From the NCBI GenBank assembly GCA_964629815.1, contig CAZVTA010000001.1:253226-317225 (forward strand): 64,000 nucleotides of DNA, written 5' to 3'. The notes under the pieces were generated by a model. It saw only the letters and a program-made list of their open reading frames with translations, ran no database searches and was not told where the DNA came from. This document shows, piece by piece, positions 56,380 to 64,000 of this stretch (position 1 is the stretch's first letter; every line of letters begins with the position of its first letter). The position numbers and the translations under genes were made by a program. The stretch comes from an uncultured Candidatus Saccharibacteria bacterium. Its GTDB lineage: Bacteria; Patescibacteriota; Saccharimonadia; Saccharimonadales; AWTP1-31.

Positions 56380-57063
56380 ATGAAAATAATTGGACATAGA
56401 GGCGCAGCTGGACTTGCGCTCGAAAATACACTCAGCAGCATACAGGCCGCAATACGAGCCGGTGTTGATGCAGTTGAAATTGATATACGGGCCACGAAAG
56501 ACGGGCACCTGGTGCTTTCGCATGATGACAGCCTAGAACGAGTGTTTGGCAAAAAACTAAAAGTATCGCGTATTACCAAGGCTCAAACCAAAAAAATAAA
56601 AACCAAAGGCGGGCAGGTTCTTGTGCCGCTCGATGATGCGCTTGAAAAAACCAGGGGTACACCAATCATTATTGAAGGTAAAAGTGGCCGCTGGGCACGC
56701 CCCCTCCAAAAACTACTCAACGACAAGCAAGATACCGCTCGGACTACTGTTATCAGCTTTAATCACGAGGAACTTTATACATTTAGTCAACTATGTCCCG
56801 ATATCCCTTGTTATGTTCTCGAACACAAAAACCCATTTGACGCCATCAATGCTGCACGACTTTACGACTTTGAAGGCATAGACGTAAACTTCTGGACGCT
56901 CAACCCACTTGCCTATTGGCTTGCAAAGCGGCACAACCTAAAAGTTATTGTCTATACCATCAATAAACCGTGGATAGCACGCATGATCAACCGAATATAC
57001 CCTGAGGCAATCATAACCACAAATGTACCTAACAAGCTCCAGTTTCTTCGTAATCAACCATGA
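56380..57063 (+). CDS. glycerophosphodiester phosphodiesterase family protein
   Basis: 227 aa. IIGHRGAAGLALENTL and EIDIRATKDGHLVLSHD. Confidence 0.85.
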   Translation: MKIIGHRGAAGLALENTLSSIQAAIRAGVDAVEIDIRATKDGHLVLSHDDSLERVFGKKLKVSRITKAQTKKIKTKGGQVLVPLDDALEKTRGTPIIIEGKSGRWARPLQKLLNDKQDTARTTVISFNHEELYTFSQLCPDIPCYVLEHKNPFDAINAARLYDFEGIDVNFWTLNPLAYWLAKRHNLKVIVYTINKPWIARMINRIYPEAIITTNVPNKLQFLRNQP

Positions 57064-57734
57064 AAGCGGTATTGCATAACGTTCACCACGAGACATCCGA
57101 AATTTGGACATTTTATTTCAAACCAGAGCGTCCACTACGGCATATTGCTGGTCAATTTATCGAGCTTACCCTCCCGCACGCTCATCCAGATAACCGAGGC
57201 ATTAAACGATGGTTCACTATATCTTCGGCGCCTGGGCATGAGCTCATTAGTATAACCACCAAGCACGCTCGTACGCAATCAAGCAGCTTCAAGCAGGCGC
57301 TATGGAAACTTAAGCCCGGGGATACTCTAGATATGAGCGAAGCTATGGGCGATTTCGTTTTGCCAAAAAATTCAGATATAGAGCTAGTTTTTGTAGCAGG
57401 CGGTATTGGTATTACGCCGTTTCACAGCATAGTCCAGTGGCTTAGAGATACCAAGCAGTCGCGCAATATTCAACTACTATATAGTGTTCACAATGCTTCA
57501 GACATAGTATTTGCCGATACGTTCAGTACAGATTTTATTACGAGCACTACGAGAATTGCCCAGCCAAATCTAACGGCCGACGAAATAATTACGCTTGTTA
57601 ATGGAGTAACTGACAAACAAATCTTTATATCGGGCCCCGAACCCATGACCGAAGCGATTGTAGCTCAATTTAACAAGCTTGGAATCACCCAAGGTCAACT
57701 AATAACAGACTACTTTCCCGGCTACAAAAACTAG
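57060..57734 (+). CDS. FNR-like FAD/NAD(P)-binding oxidoreductase
   Basis: 224 aa. RWFTISSAP (RxYS-type FAD motif) and FVAGGIGITPF. ATGA overlap with the upstream gene. Confidence 0.75.
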   Translation: MKAVLHNVHHETSEIWTFYFKPERPLRHIAGQFIELTLPHAHPDNRGIKRWFTISSAPGHELISITTKHARTQSSSFKQALWKLKPGDTLDMSEAMGDFVLPKNSDIELVFVAGGIGITPFHSIVQWLRDTKQSRNIQLLYSVHNASDIVFADTFSTDFITSTTRIAQPNLTADEIITLVNGVTDKQIFISGPEPMTEAIVAQFNKLGITQGQLITDYFPGYKN

Positions 57735-57786
57735 CGCCAATACCGTCCAACATTAACCACCCGGTGTGACTATTTTGTATATAGTT

Positions 57787-58755
57787 CTATTCAGTTACAG
57801 GATGTTCTAGGTATTCTCGGATCATCAGTGCTGCGGTAGCACCTTCGCCCGTTGCGCTCGCTATTTGCATGGTTGCCCCGCTGCGTACATCGCCAGCAGC
57901 AAATACACCCTTCATGGTAGTTTCGAGCCTACTGTTGGTTTTTATAAGCCCTATCTCGTCAAGTTCTATTTTACTGGTTTGCAAAAACTGCGTATTTGGC
58001 GATAGGCCAACGAATATAAAAACACCATTTGCAACAAAATCATGAGTCTTGCCGGTTGTTTTGTGCGTACCAACAACCTTTACAACCTTACCGTCTTTCC
58101 CCACAATCTCATCTGTAGTGGTATTCATATGAACTGTGATTTTGTCGCTGTGTTTTTTCAGCTCTTTAACCAATATATCCGAAGCACGAAACGCATCGCC
58201 GCGAACCAATAAATCAATATGCGACGCAAAGCGAGTAAGGAATATTGCTTCCTGAACTGCGGAGTTACCACCACCGACAACAACGAGCCGTTTATCACGA
58301 TAAAAAGCACCGTCGCACGTAGCACAATAATGAACGCCACGCGCATAAAACTCTTGCTCGCCTGGAACACCGATCTTCTTCCAATCACTTCCGGTTGCGA
58401 GCAGCACCGCGCGTGCTTTAATATCACCGCTTGTTGTAGTTAGCAGTTTATATTCTTTCTTGTCTACGATCTGGGTTACTTCTCCAAGCTCGATATGTGC
58501 ACCAAATCGTTCCGCCTGCTGCCTAAGACCTTCTGCGAGATCAAGTCCTGCAATACCTTTAGGAAAACCGGGGTAATTATCTACCCAGTCGGTAATGGCA
58601 GCTAAGCCACCAATAACGCCCCGTTCGAAAAGCACCGTCTCAATATCTTCGCGAGTTGTGTAAATAGCTGCAGAAAGTGCCGCTGGCCCTGCGCCAACCA
58701 TAACAACGTCATATATTTTTTTGGTGCTTAATTCTTGGGACACAGAAAAACTCAA
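57787..58755 (-). CDS. trxB: thioredoxin-disulfide reductase
   Basis: 322 aa. GAGPAA, redox-active CATC (HYCATCDG), and GGGNSA. TTG start in the ORF track. Confidence 0.92.
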   Translation of the reverse strand: MSFSVSQELSTKKIYDVVMVGAGPAALSAAIYTTREDIETVLFERGVIGGLAAITDWVDNYPGFPKGIAGLDLAEGLRQQAERFGAHIELGEVTQIVDKKEYKLLTTTSGDIKARAVLLATGSDWKKIGVPGEQEFYARGVHYCATCDGAFYRDKRLVVVGGGNSAVQEAIFLTRFASHIDLLVRGDAFRASDILVKELKKHSDKITVHMNTTTDEIVGKDGKVVKVVGTHKTTGKTHDFVANGVFIFVGLSPNTQFLQTSKIELDEIGLIKTNSRLETTMKGVFAAGDVRSGATMQIASATGEGATAALMIREYLEHPVTE

Positions 58756-58810
58756 CTTTCTACACGCGGTTAGCGCATCCTACCTATTTGATTATAGTCC
58801 TATTGTACAA

Positions 58811-59059
58811 CTAGGCTACAGCTGGTGCTAGCTTTGCCAGATTATAGCCAACAATCACTTCTTTGCTATCATCGGCTTTGGTTACTACCGTAACAGGCAC
58901 GGCAAGCTGTCCGCTTATCTCTAAAGCTTCTTTCTGTCGTTCTGGGTGCTCATCGAGATTAACCTCTTCATAAGAAATTCCCTTGGACCCGAGCCATTTT
59001 TTCACCATAACACAGTATGCGCATGTGTTGGTTGTAAAGATTGTAATATTCTTGGCCAT
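58811..59059 (-). CDS. glutaredoxin/NrdH-like thioredoxin-fold protein
   Basis: 82 aa. CAYC active site. AAGGAG SD 6 nt upstream. Confidence 0.8.
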   Translation of the reverse strand: MAKNITIFTTNTCAYCVMVKKWLGSKGISYEEVNLDEHPERQKEALEISGQLAVPVTVVTKADDSKEVIVGYNLAKLAPAVA

Positions 59060-59105
59060 TGCTATCTCCTTAATAGTTTGTAGTGTTTGTTTGTGAGGTT
59101 ATCTT

Positions 59106-59135
59106 ATTATATGTAGCGTACAGCATAAGCGTCAA
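59106..59135 (-). promoter_or_regulatory. sigma70-type promoter TTGACG-N18-TATAAT of the glutaredoxin-like gene (leadered)
   Basis: The minus strand reads TTGACGcttatgctgtacgctacaTATAAT, followed by ...AAGGAGatagcaATG. Confidence 0.5.
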
Positions 59136-59163
59136 TACGCTATATATTGTGTTTTTTACGTTA

Positions 59164-59691
59164 TTATTCGCCAATCTTGATCATCTCAATGTCAAAAACA
59201 AGCGGCTCATTGGGGCCAATCTTAGGCGGACTTCCCTGTTCGCCGTAAGCTAACGCAGCTGGAATAATCAACCGCCGCTTACCACCAACTTTCATACCTG
59301 GCACACCTTGTTGCCAGCCCTGTATTACTCCATTTAATGGGAAGGTTGCTGGCTCGCCGCGCTCTACTGAGCTGTCAAAGACAGATCCGTCTTTTACCAA
59401 AGCTCCGGTGTAATGTGCAGTTACAGTATCGCCTGGCTTCACTTCTTGTCCGTCACCAACTTTAGTATCAATAATCTTTAGTTCTGTCACCGGATCGCTC
59501 GACGGGGTATAATTTTCTAATTTTTTATCACTCACGGCACTCTCCTGTGTTGTATTAGTATTTTTTTGATTAGACGACAGCTTTGCATCTTTTCTCATCT
59601 GGATGATAACCAAGATACTAAATCCAACGCTGGTTATTAAAAATAACACGGCTGCAATACCTGCGGCTATTCTATGACCTAGTTTTGCCAT
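59164..59691 (-). CDS. membrane-anchored FKBP-type peptidyl-prolyl cis-trans isomerase
   Basis: 175 aa. N-terminal TM segment. VTAHYTGALVKDGSVFDSS and GVIQGWQQGVPGMKVGGKRRLIIP. Confidence 0.88.
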   Translation of the reverse strand: MAKLGHRIAAGIAAVLFLITSVGFSILVIIQMRKDAKLSSNQKNTNTTQESAVSDKKLENYTPSSDPVTELKIIDTKVGDGQEVKPGDTVTAHYTGALVKDGSVFDSSVERGEPATFPLNGVIQGWQQGVPGMKVGGKRRLIIPAALAYGEQGSPPKIGPNEPLVFDIEMIKIGE

Positions 59692-59712
59692 AACCTCTCC
59701 CTTAGCCCGTAT

Positions 59713-59721
59713 AGTATATCA
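59713..59721 (-). promoter_or_regulatory. extended -10 TGATATACT of the FKBP gene (leadered, SD GGGAGAGG)
   Basis: The minus strand reads ttTGATATACTatacgggctaaGGGAGAGGttATG. Confidence 0.45.
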
Positions 59722-59747
59722 AAACAAGAGCTGTAGTGCCCACATAA

Positions 59748-61520
59748 TTATGCTGTAATTTCGTACGCTTTGAGCCGTTTCTTAGTGGATTCATTGCCGC
59801 CTTGCTGGAGTTCTAGAAGCTGTCCGTAAATACCGTTCGTCTTCGCTAGTCGAGCCGGACTACCAACTTCATCGACCTTACCATTCTTTATCGTAACGAT
59901 TGTATCCACATTCTGTATAGTGCTAAGGCGGTGCGCAATGATGATGGTGGTGCGACCTTTCATAAGCCGCTCGAGTGCTTCTTGAACCATATGCTCACTT
60001 TTACTATCCAGACTACTGGTAGCTTCATCGAGGATAAGAATCGGGGCATTTTTCAGAAGGGCCCGTGCGATTGCAATCCGCTGTTTTTGCCCGCCACTCA
60101 GTTTAAGTCCTCGTTCGCCAATTTCACTATCGTAACCCTTTTCGAGTTTCTCAATAAATTCGTGAGCGTTTGCTGCCTTAGCCGCCGCTTCGACCTGCGC
60201 ATCAGTGGCTGCCGGATTAGCGTAGGCAATATTCTCACGTATTGTCCCACTGAAAAGTGCTGGGTCCTGAAAGACGACACCAATATTCTCTCGCAGGCTC
60301 GACTGTTTGACATTTTTAATATCCTCGCCATCAATCGTAATCGTCCCATGCTGAGCTTCATATAACCGTAGCAATAGATTAGTAATAGTTGTTTTGCCTT
60401 CGCCACTTTCGCCAACAAGCGCAAGCTTGGTATCGGGCTCGACCTCGAACGATATATTCTTCAAAACATTGTTTTGTTTATCATATGCGAACGAAACATT
60501 TTCGAAACGTATATGGCCGTTTTGAGCCTGCATGTTTTGCGCATCTGGCCGGTCGGCTATTTCCGGCTGCAGTTGCATAATCTCAAAATAATCTTTACTG
60601 TCTGCTACCGCGCGCTGCGTCCGATCAACAAGAAAGCTAATCGTAAAGATCGGGATACGAATTTGCATTGCGAACAAAATTAGCGCTACTGACTGGCCTG
60701 GCGTATACACACCTCGAGCGCCCTCTATAAAGATATACAGATATACCGCAAAGAAAATTATATTCAGTACGAGTCGTCGTTGCACATCGGTAATGTGCCA
60801 CAGTTTTGACTGCGGTCGCTCTGTTTTGACCATAATATCGTAATGTTTTCTGAAGAGGCCCAACTCGCGCCGTTCTTGATTGTAGCTCTTTACAACCTTG
60901 ACTTGGTTAATAACCTCAGCAAAACGACCCGCTGCAATGTCCCAATGCTTATTAATTTTTTGCTGGTACGCTTGCCATTTCCCGCTGGTTCGTGCCGTCA
61001 TAATAATGTAAATCGGATATAAAGCCAGTAACATCAGTGCAACTTGCCAGCTATACATCGCAACCGCAATTAAAGAGAAGATGGTACTAAAAATAAACTG
61101 CAGAAAGTTATTGCTCATCATGTTCATGAAATCACTAATTTCACGCACTGATCGATTGAGCCGGTTTATAATCTTTCCGCTTAACTCTGTATCAAAGTAT
61201 TTCTGCGGTAAAGTCATAAGGTGCTGGTAGTAATTCTTGCTCAGCATACGACTTAAGATAATCCCCATCCGATCACCCAAAAAACCGTTCACGTTACTGA
61301 GAACATTGCTCAATAAATCGAGAACAAATATCCCAACCGCCAGCAATACCACATAATTAACACGCGCACTGGTTCCTTTTCTCATTTCATCAATTGCCCA
61401 ACCACTAATGAGCGGTTGCAGCAAGGCCATCAGTGATATAACCACAGTGAGCGCACCTATCGCCACATAATATCGCCATAAGCTTTTGGTATGAAGAATA
61501 ATGCGCCAAATATATTTCAT
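59748..61520 (-). CDS. ABC transporter, fused permease/ATP-binding (exporter type)
   Basis: 590 aa. Six-TM N-terminal domain, Walker A GESGEGKT, LSGGQKQR, and Walker B ILILDEATS. Confidence 0.9.
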   Translation of the reverse strand: MKYIWRIILHTKSLWRYYVAIGALTVVISLMALLQPLISGWAIDEMRKGTSARVNYVVLLAVGIFVLDLLSNVLSNVNGFLGDRMGIILSRMLSKNYYQHLMTLPQKYFDTELSGKIINRLNRSVREISDFMNMMSNNFLQFIFSTIFSLIAVAMYSWQVALMLLALYPIYIIMTARTSGKWQAYQQKINKHWDIAAGRFAEVINQVKVVKSYNQERRELGLFRKHYDIMVKTERPQSKLWHITDVQRRLVLNIIFFAVYLYIFIEGARGVYTPGQSVALILFAMQIRIPIFTISFLVDRTQRAVADSKDYFEIMQLQPEIADRPDAQNMQAQNGHIRFENVSFAYDKQNNVLKNISFEVEPDTKLALVGESGEGKTTITNLLLRLYEAQHGTITIDGEDIKNVKQSSLRENIGVVFQDPALFSGTIRENIAYANPAATDAQVEAAAKAANAHEFIEKLEKGYDSEIGERGLKLSGGQKQRIAIARALLKNAPILILDEATSSLDSKSEHMVQEALERLMKGRTTIIIAHRLSTIQNVDTIVTIKNGKVDEVGSPARLAKTNGIYGQLLELQQGGNESTKKRLKAYEITA

Positions 61521-61545
61521 GTACCTAGCTTAGCACAACCAACCC

Positions 61546-62433
61546 TTACATCGCTTCAAGAATCGCTTGCGCTGGGCGTCGAATTAGATCGTCGTAACCA
61601 ACCTGAACATCATACTGAGACATCGGCACCATGCCATCAACAAAATGGGGCAAAACTCGTTGCACCAATCTTTGAAGTCGCTTACTTGTGCCCGGAACCA
61701 GTTCATGTATAGCAGCCCGGACCACTACAGTATCAACCTCTGGTCGACTATGTATACCACTAGTTGTAGCGTGCAGATAGGCCTCATCATAGGCACTACG
61801 CGCGCGCATATTGTTTTCGGTACCGCCCCGCTTCCGATCGGCGGCATATGCATCAATCAACCCTAGAGGCAAGGCGTTATACACCTGGGCATCACGCTGA
61901 CGACGTGCTTCGGGTATTAGTGAAAAATCTGCAGGTTTTCGTGGACGCTTACCAACGATAGATAACTCAAGATGCTCCTCGTTATCATGTAAGAGTTGTG
62001 GAAGCTCATCGAGCCCGCTACTGGTAAGATGTCTACCTAGAGTTGTTCTGCCCGCATGCGCGCCCGTTTGCTTTGGGTCGTACGTATGCTGCTTCATGTA
62101 GCACGTACGCACTTTGGGTAGATGCCCAATTGTCTGCAATCCTGTTTCTGGGTCGACGTGCGTTACACGGTCGTCGATATACTCTGAATAATGCTCTTGC
62201 ATGTCCCCCACGTGCCAGATACCAGCAACCGTTTGCAAGCGCTGCAATAATGTATGGCTGCTGTCGTTCGCAAGCATGTCATGGGCAACACCTTCAACTG
62301 TCACGGCCGTCTCAAGCAAGGCCAAAACAGCGTTTCCGGCAAGAAGTCCTCGCTGATTAATGCGAAGGCTCTCTGTTGAAAATTGCCAAACACCTTTTTC
62401 AGCGCCATTTGATATAGCGATAAGATCTGTCAT
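61546..62433 (-). CDS. hypothetical 295-aa protein
   Basis: A long ORF with no TM segment and no recognised motif. Confidence 0.55.
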   Translation of the reverse strand: MTDLIAISNGAEKGVWQFSTESLRINQRGLLAGNAVLALLETAVTVEGVAHDMLANDSSHTLLQRLQTVAGIWHVGDMQEHYSEYIDDRVTHVDPETGLQTIGHLPKVRTCYMKQHTYDPKQTGAHAGRTTLGRHLTSSGLDELPQLLHDNEEHLELSIVGKRPRKPADFSLIPEARRQRDAQVYNALPLGLIDAYAADRKRGGTENNMRARSAYDEAYLHATTSGIHSRPEVDTVVVRAAIHELVPGTSKRLQRLVQRVLPHFVDGMVPMSQYDVQVGYDDLIRRPAQAILEAM

Positions 62434-62521
62434 ATATTTTTTCAGCTTTCTTAAGCTGTCACACTTTGTACTATTTTATAACAATATTTAGCGTATGTAA
62501 ATAGCTTTTGCTTTTTGCAAG

Positions 62522-64000
62522 CTACCAACCACCACCACCGCCACCACCGCCGCCGCCACCTGAAAAACCGCCCGACCCAGATCCACTCGGTGGCGCAAAG
62601 CTTGCGTTCATGGTCGATGCAGTATGAGAGAGACTATTGGTTAGATAGATAGCATTAAAGCTATTCCAATTTCCGTTGTACCAATTTGGTGGCGTCGTAT
62701 AGATATCCTTAAATTCTTGCGCCCATTGCTTTTCTAGGCCAAATAACATGGCGTAGGGCAACAAAGATTCAAATAGCTCTACGGAATGCTTTGGCCCGCT
62801 ATTGGGTTTTGCATATCGAGCATTCGGCGCCTCTAAAAGCTGGATTCTATCTTTTTCGGCTGTCCGTATGTATAATTCTAATCCATCTAAATGCTCTTTA
62901 ATTGCGACACCTTTGGTGGTTCGTTTAGGCATAAATATTGCAACAATCTCAATTATCACAGCCGCTAGTATAAAACCGACGCTCAACCACGACCGAAAAA
63001 TAAAGCTAGCAATTAATAAAATAGTCGCAACAATATGCAACGTGTTGCCAGCTGTTCGCGGGTTATAAACAAAATAATCTTGCTGTGTGAGCTCTAACGG
63101 CACACTCCGCTGCAGATCTTGGATGTGCATATAAAAGGTGCCTTTAAGACTACTGAGCCGCACCTCGGAACCGGCAAGACATAACCAATCTAACAACTTT
63201 CGCTCGGCTGAGGTCAACGAAGCCACATTCTTATTGGTACGCTTCAAAACATATTCTGTTGAATCTGGTGCAAATTTGCGTACCTTTTTTTCTTCAACTA
63301 TAACCAGATAGCCCCGTACAGCTAGATCAATAATTACTGCAGTAACCTCCTTTGCATCAAGGCGATAATCGCGCACAACTGCCGCTTCCATAACTGACAA
63401 GCCCTTTGGTGGTGTATATTCGGGCACAACCACACCCCTACCCTTAATGTCTTTTCCATGCCGCCACCACCGACGAAAAGCCCATACACCTGCTAATAAA
63501 GGAGGTACGGCAACCATTGCTACATACTTTCCGTTGTCCATCCACCAATCTTTACGAGTCGGCGCAACAAAGACCCCTTTGGCAACATATAGCTCTGCGG
63601 TCAACGTCTGTCCAGCACTCAAAGGCACGCTCGACCGAAATACATACGTTTGCTCAGAGCCTTCAGCTGTGCACTGCTTATCGACACGACCGTATGCACC
63701 CGTAAAACAATCTTTTTGGGCGACTCGCACGCCTTCCGGCATATGAAATGTAGCCGTAACCGATGAAAACGTTTGCTGCCATTGATCGCCATTAATATCC
63801 CAGATAAGTCTATCGGTATTGTCGCCAAACTTGATAACATTTTCGACGCTATAGTCGATAGTATATCGTTGCTTGCCCGTTATTGTGCGATTTGGGTCAC
63901 CAATTTTTAATACGGTATTCCCATTGCTACTATAGGTTGTGTATCCTGTGGGCGCATTCGTCGAAGATGTGATCTGATTCACATGTAAGCGCAAAGACTG
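62522..64000 (-). CDS. DUF2207-like membrane protein with a poly-Gly C-terminus; the 5' end lies beyond the right edge
   Basis: The frame stays open to position 64000. An extracellular N-terminal domain is followed by TM segments and then SGSGSGGFSGGGGGGGGGGGW, as in DUF2207 proteins. Confidence 0.75.
   Translation of the reverse strand, partial: QSLRLHVNQITSSTNAPTGYTTYSSNGNTVLKIGDPNRTITGKQRYTIDYSVENVIKFGDNTDRLIWDINGDQWQQTFSSVTATFHMPEGVRVAQKDCFTGAYGRVDKQCTAEGSEQTYVFRSSVPLSAGQTLTAELYVAKGVFVAPTRKDWWMDNGKYVAMVAVPPLLAGVWAFRRWWRHGKDIKGRGVVVPEYTPPKGLSVMEAAVVRDYRLDAKEVTAVIIDLAVRGYLVIVEEKKVRKFAPDSTEYVLKRTNKNVASLTSAERKLLDWLCLAGSEVRLSSLKGTFYMHIQDLQRSVPLELTQQDYFVYNPRTAGNTLHIVATILLIASFIFRSWLSVGFILAAVIIEIVAIFMPKRTTKGVAIKEHLDGLELYIRTAEKDRIQLLEAPNARYAKPNSGPKHSVELFESLLPYAMLFGLEKQWAQEFKDIYTTPPNWYNGNWNSFNAIYLTNSLSHTASTMNASFAPPSGSGSGGFSGGGGGGGGGGGW

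Noticed and set aside
62522-62560. The imperfect (CCN)11 triplet tract encoding the poly-Gly tail as a phase-variation switch
   Set aside because: The repeat is in-frame and imperfect (acc/gcc mixed). Slippage would only change the Gly number, and poly-Gly tails are a normal feature of DUF2207 proteins.
1-64000. CRISPR arrays, IS elements or transposases, integrases, prophage genes, rRNA genes, retron or DGR reverse transcriptases
   Set aside because: No regularly spaced short repeats were seen. No ORF carries DDE, tyrosine- or serine-recombinase, RT or capsid/terminase motifs. The only significant repeat found by eye is the nusA 3'-end duplication.

Overview
The window is a dense, mostly minus-strand stretch of core genome from a small-genome bacterium. 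It uses the standard genetic code, with TGA as a stop. Gene content suggests Patescibacteria/CPR, most like Saccharibacteria, but that placement is inference only. About 62 protein genes and one tRNA-Leu(UAG) are supported.

Recognisable genes:
- Transcription, translation and tRNA charging: rpoB (5' part), nusA, rplS, hisS, tyrS, gatCAB, rsmD, a TrmH-like methyltransferase.
- Proteostasis: tig, clpP, clpC, an FKBP isomerase, pepN.
- DNA replication and repair: dnaE, recG, radA, uvrB, yraN.
- Envelope: a class A PBP, a PilB/GspE ATPase, a CAP-domain surface protein, DUF2207.
- Sugar block: gap-rpiB-rpe-split tkt, then fba-pfkB.
- Redox block: trxB, a glutaredoxin-like protein, an FNR-like reductase.

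No CRISPR array, IS element, integrase or rRNA was seen.

Most notable observations:
1. A perfect 43-bp direct repeat of the nusA 3' end brackets a 936-bp two-gene cassette (an RHH protein plus a 2OG/Fe(II)-oxygenase-like protein). The cassette sits next to a second, divergent oxygenase paralog.
2. About 18 genes carry a TATACT/TATAAT/TACAAT box 6-9 nt upstream of the ATG with no Shine-Dalgarno sequence. This implies widespread leaderless transcription alongside a TGnTATACT extended -10 class.
3. Uncharacterised genes are translationally coupled inside gatA-gatB and inside tig-clpP.
4. A VirB4/HerA-like ATPase is coupled to a Cys-rich repeat protein.
5. A LOG/SLOG-like protein is coupled to an unknown 413-aa protein inside the sugar operon.
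6. TyrRS carries a TrpRS-type TIGN signature in place of HIGH.

All functional calls come from motifs read in the supplied translations. No database search was run.
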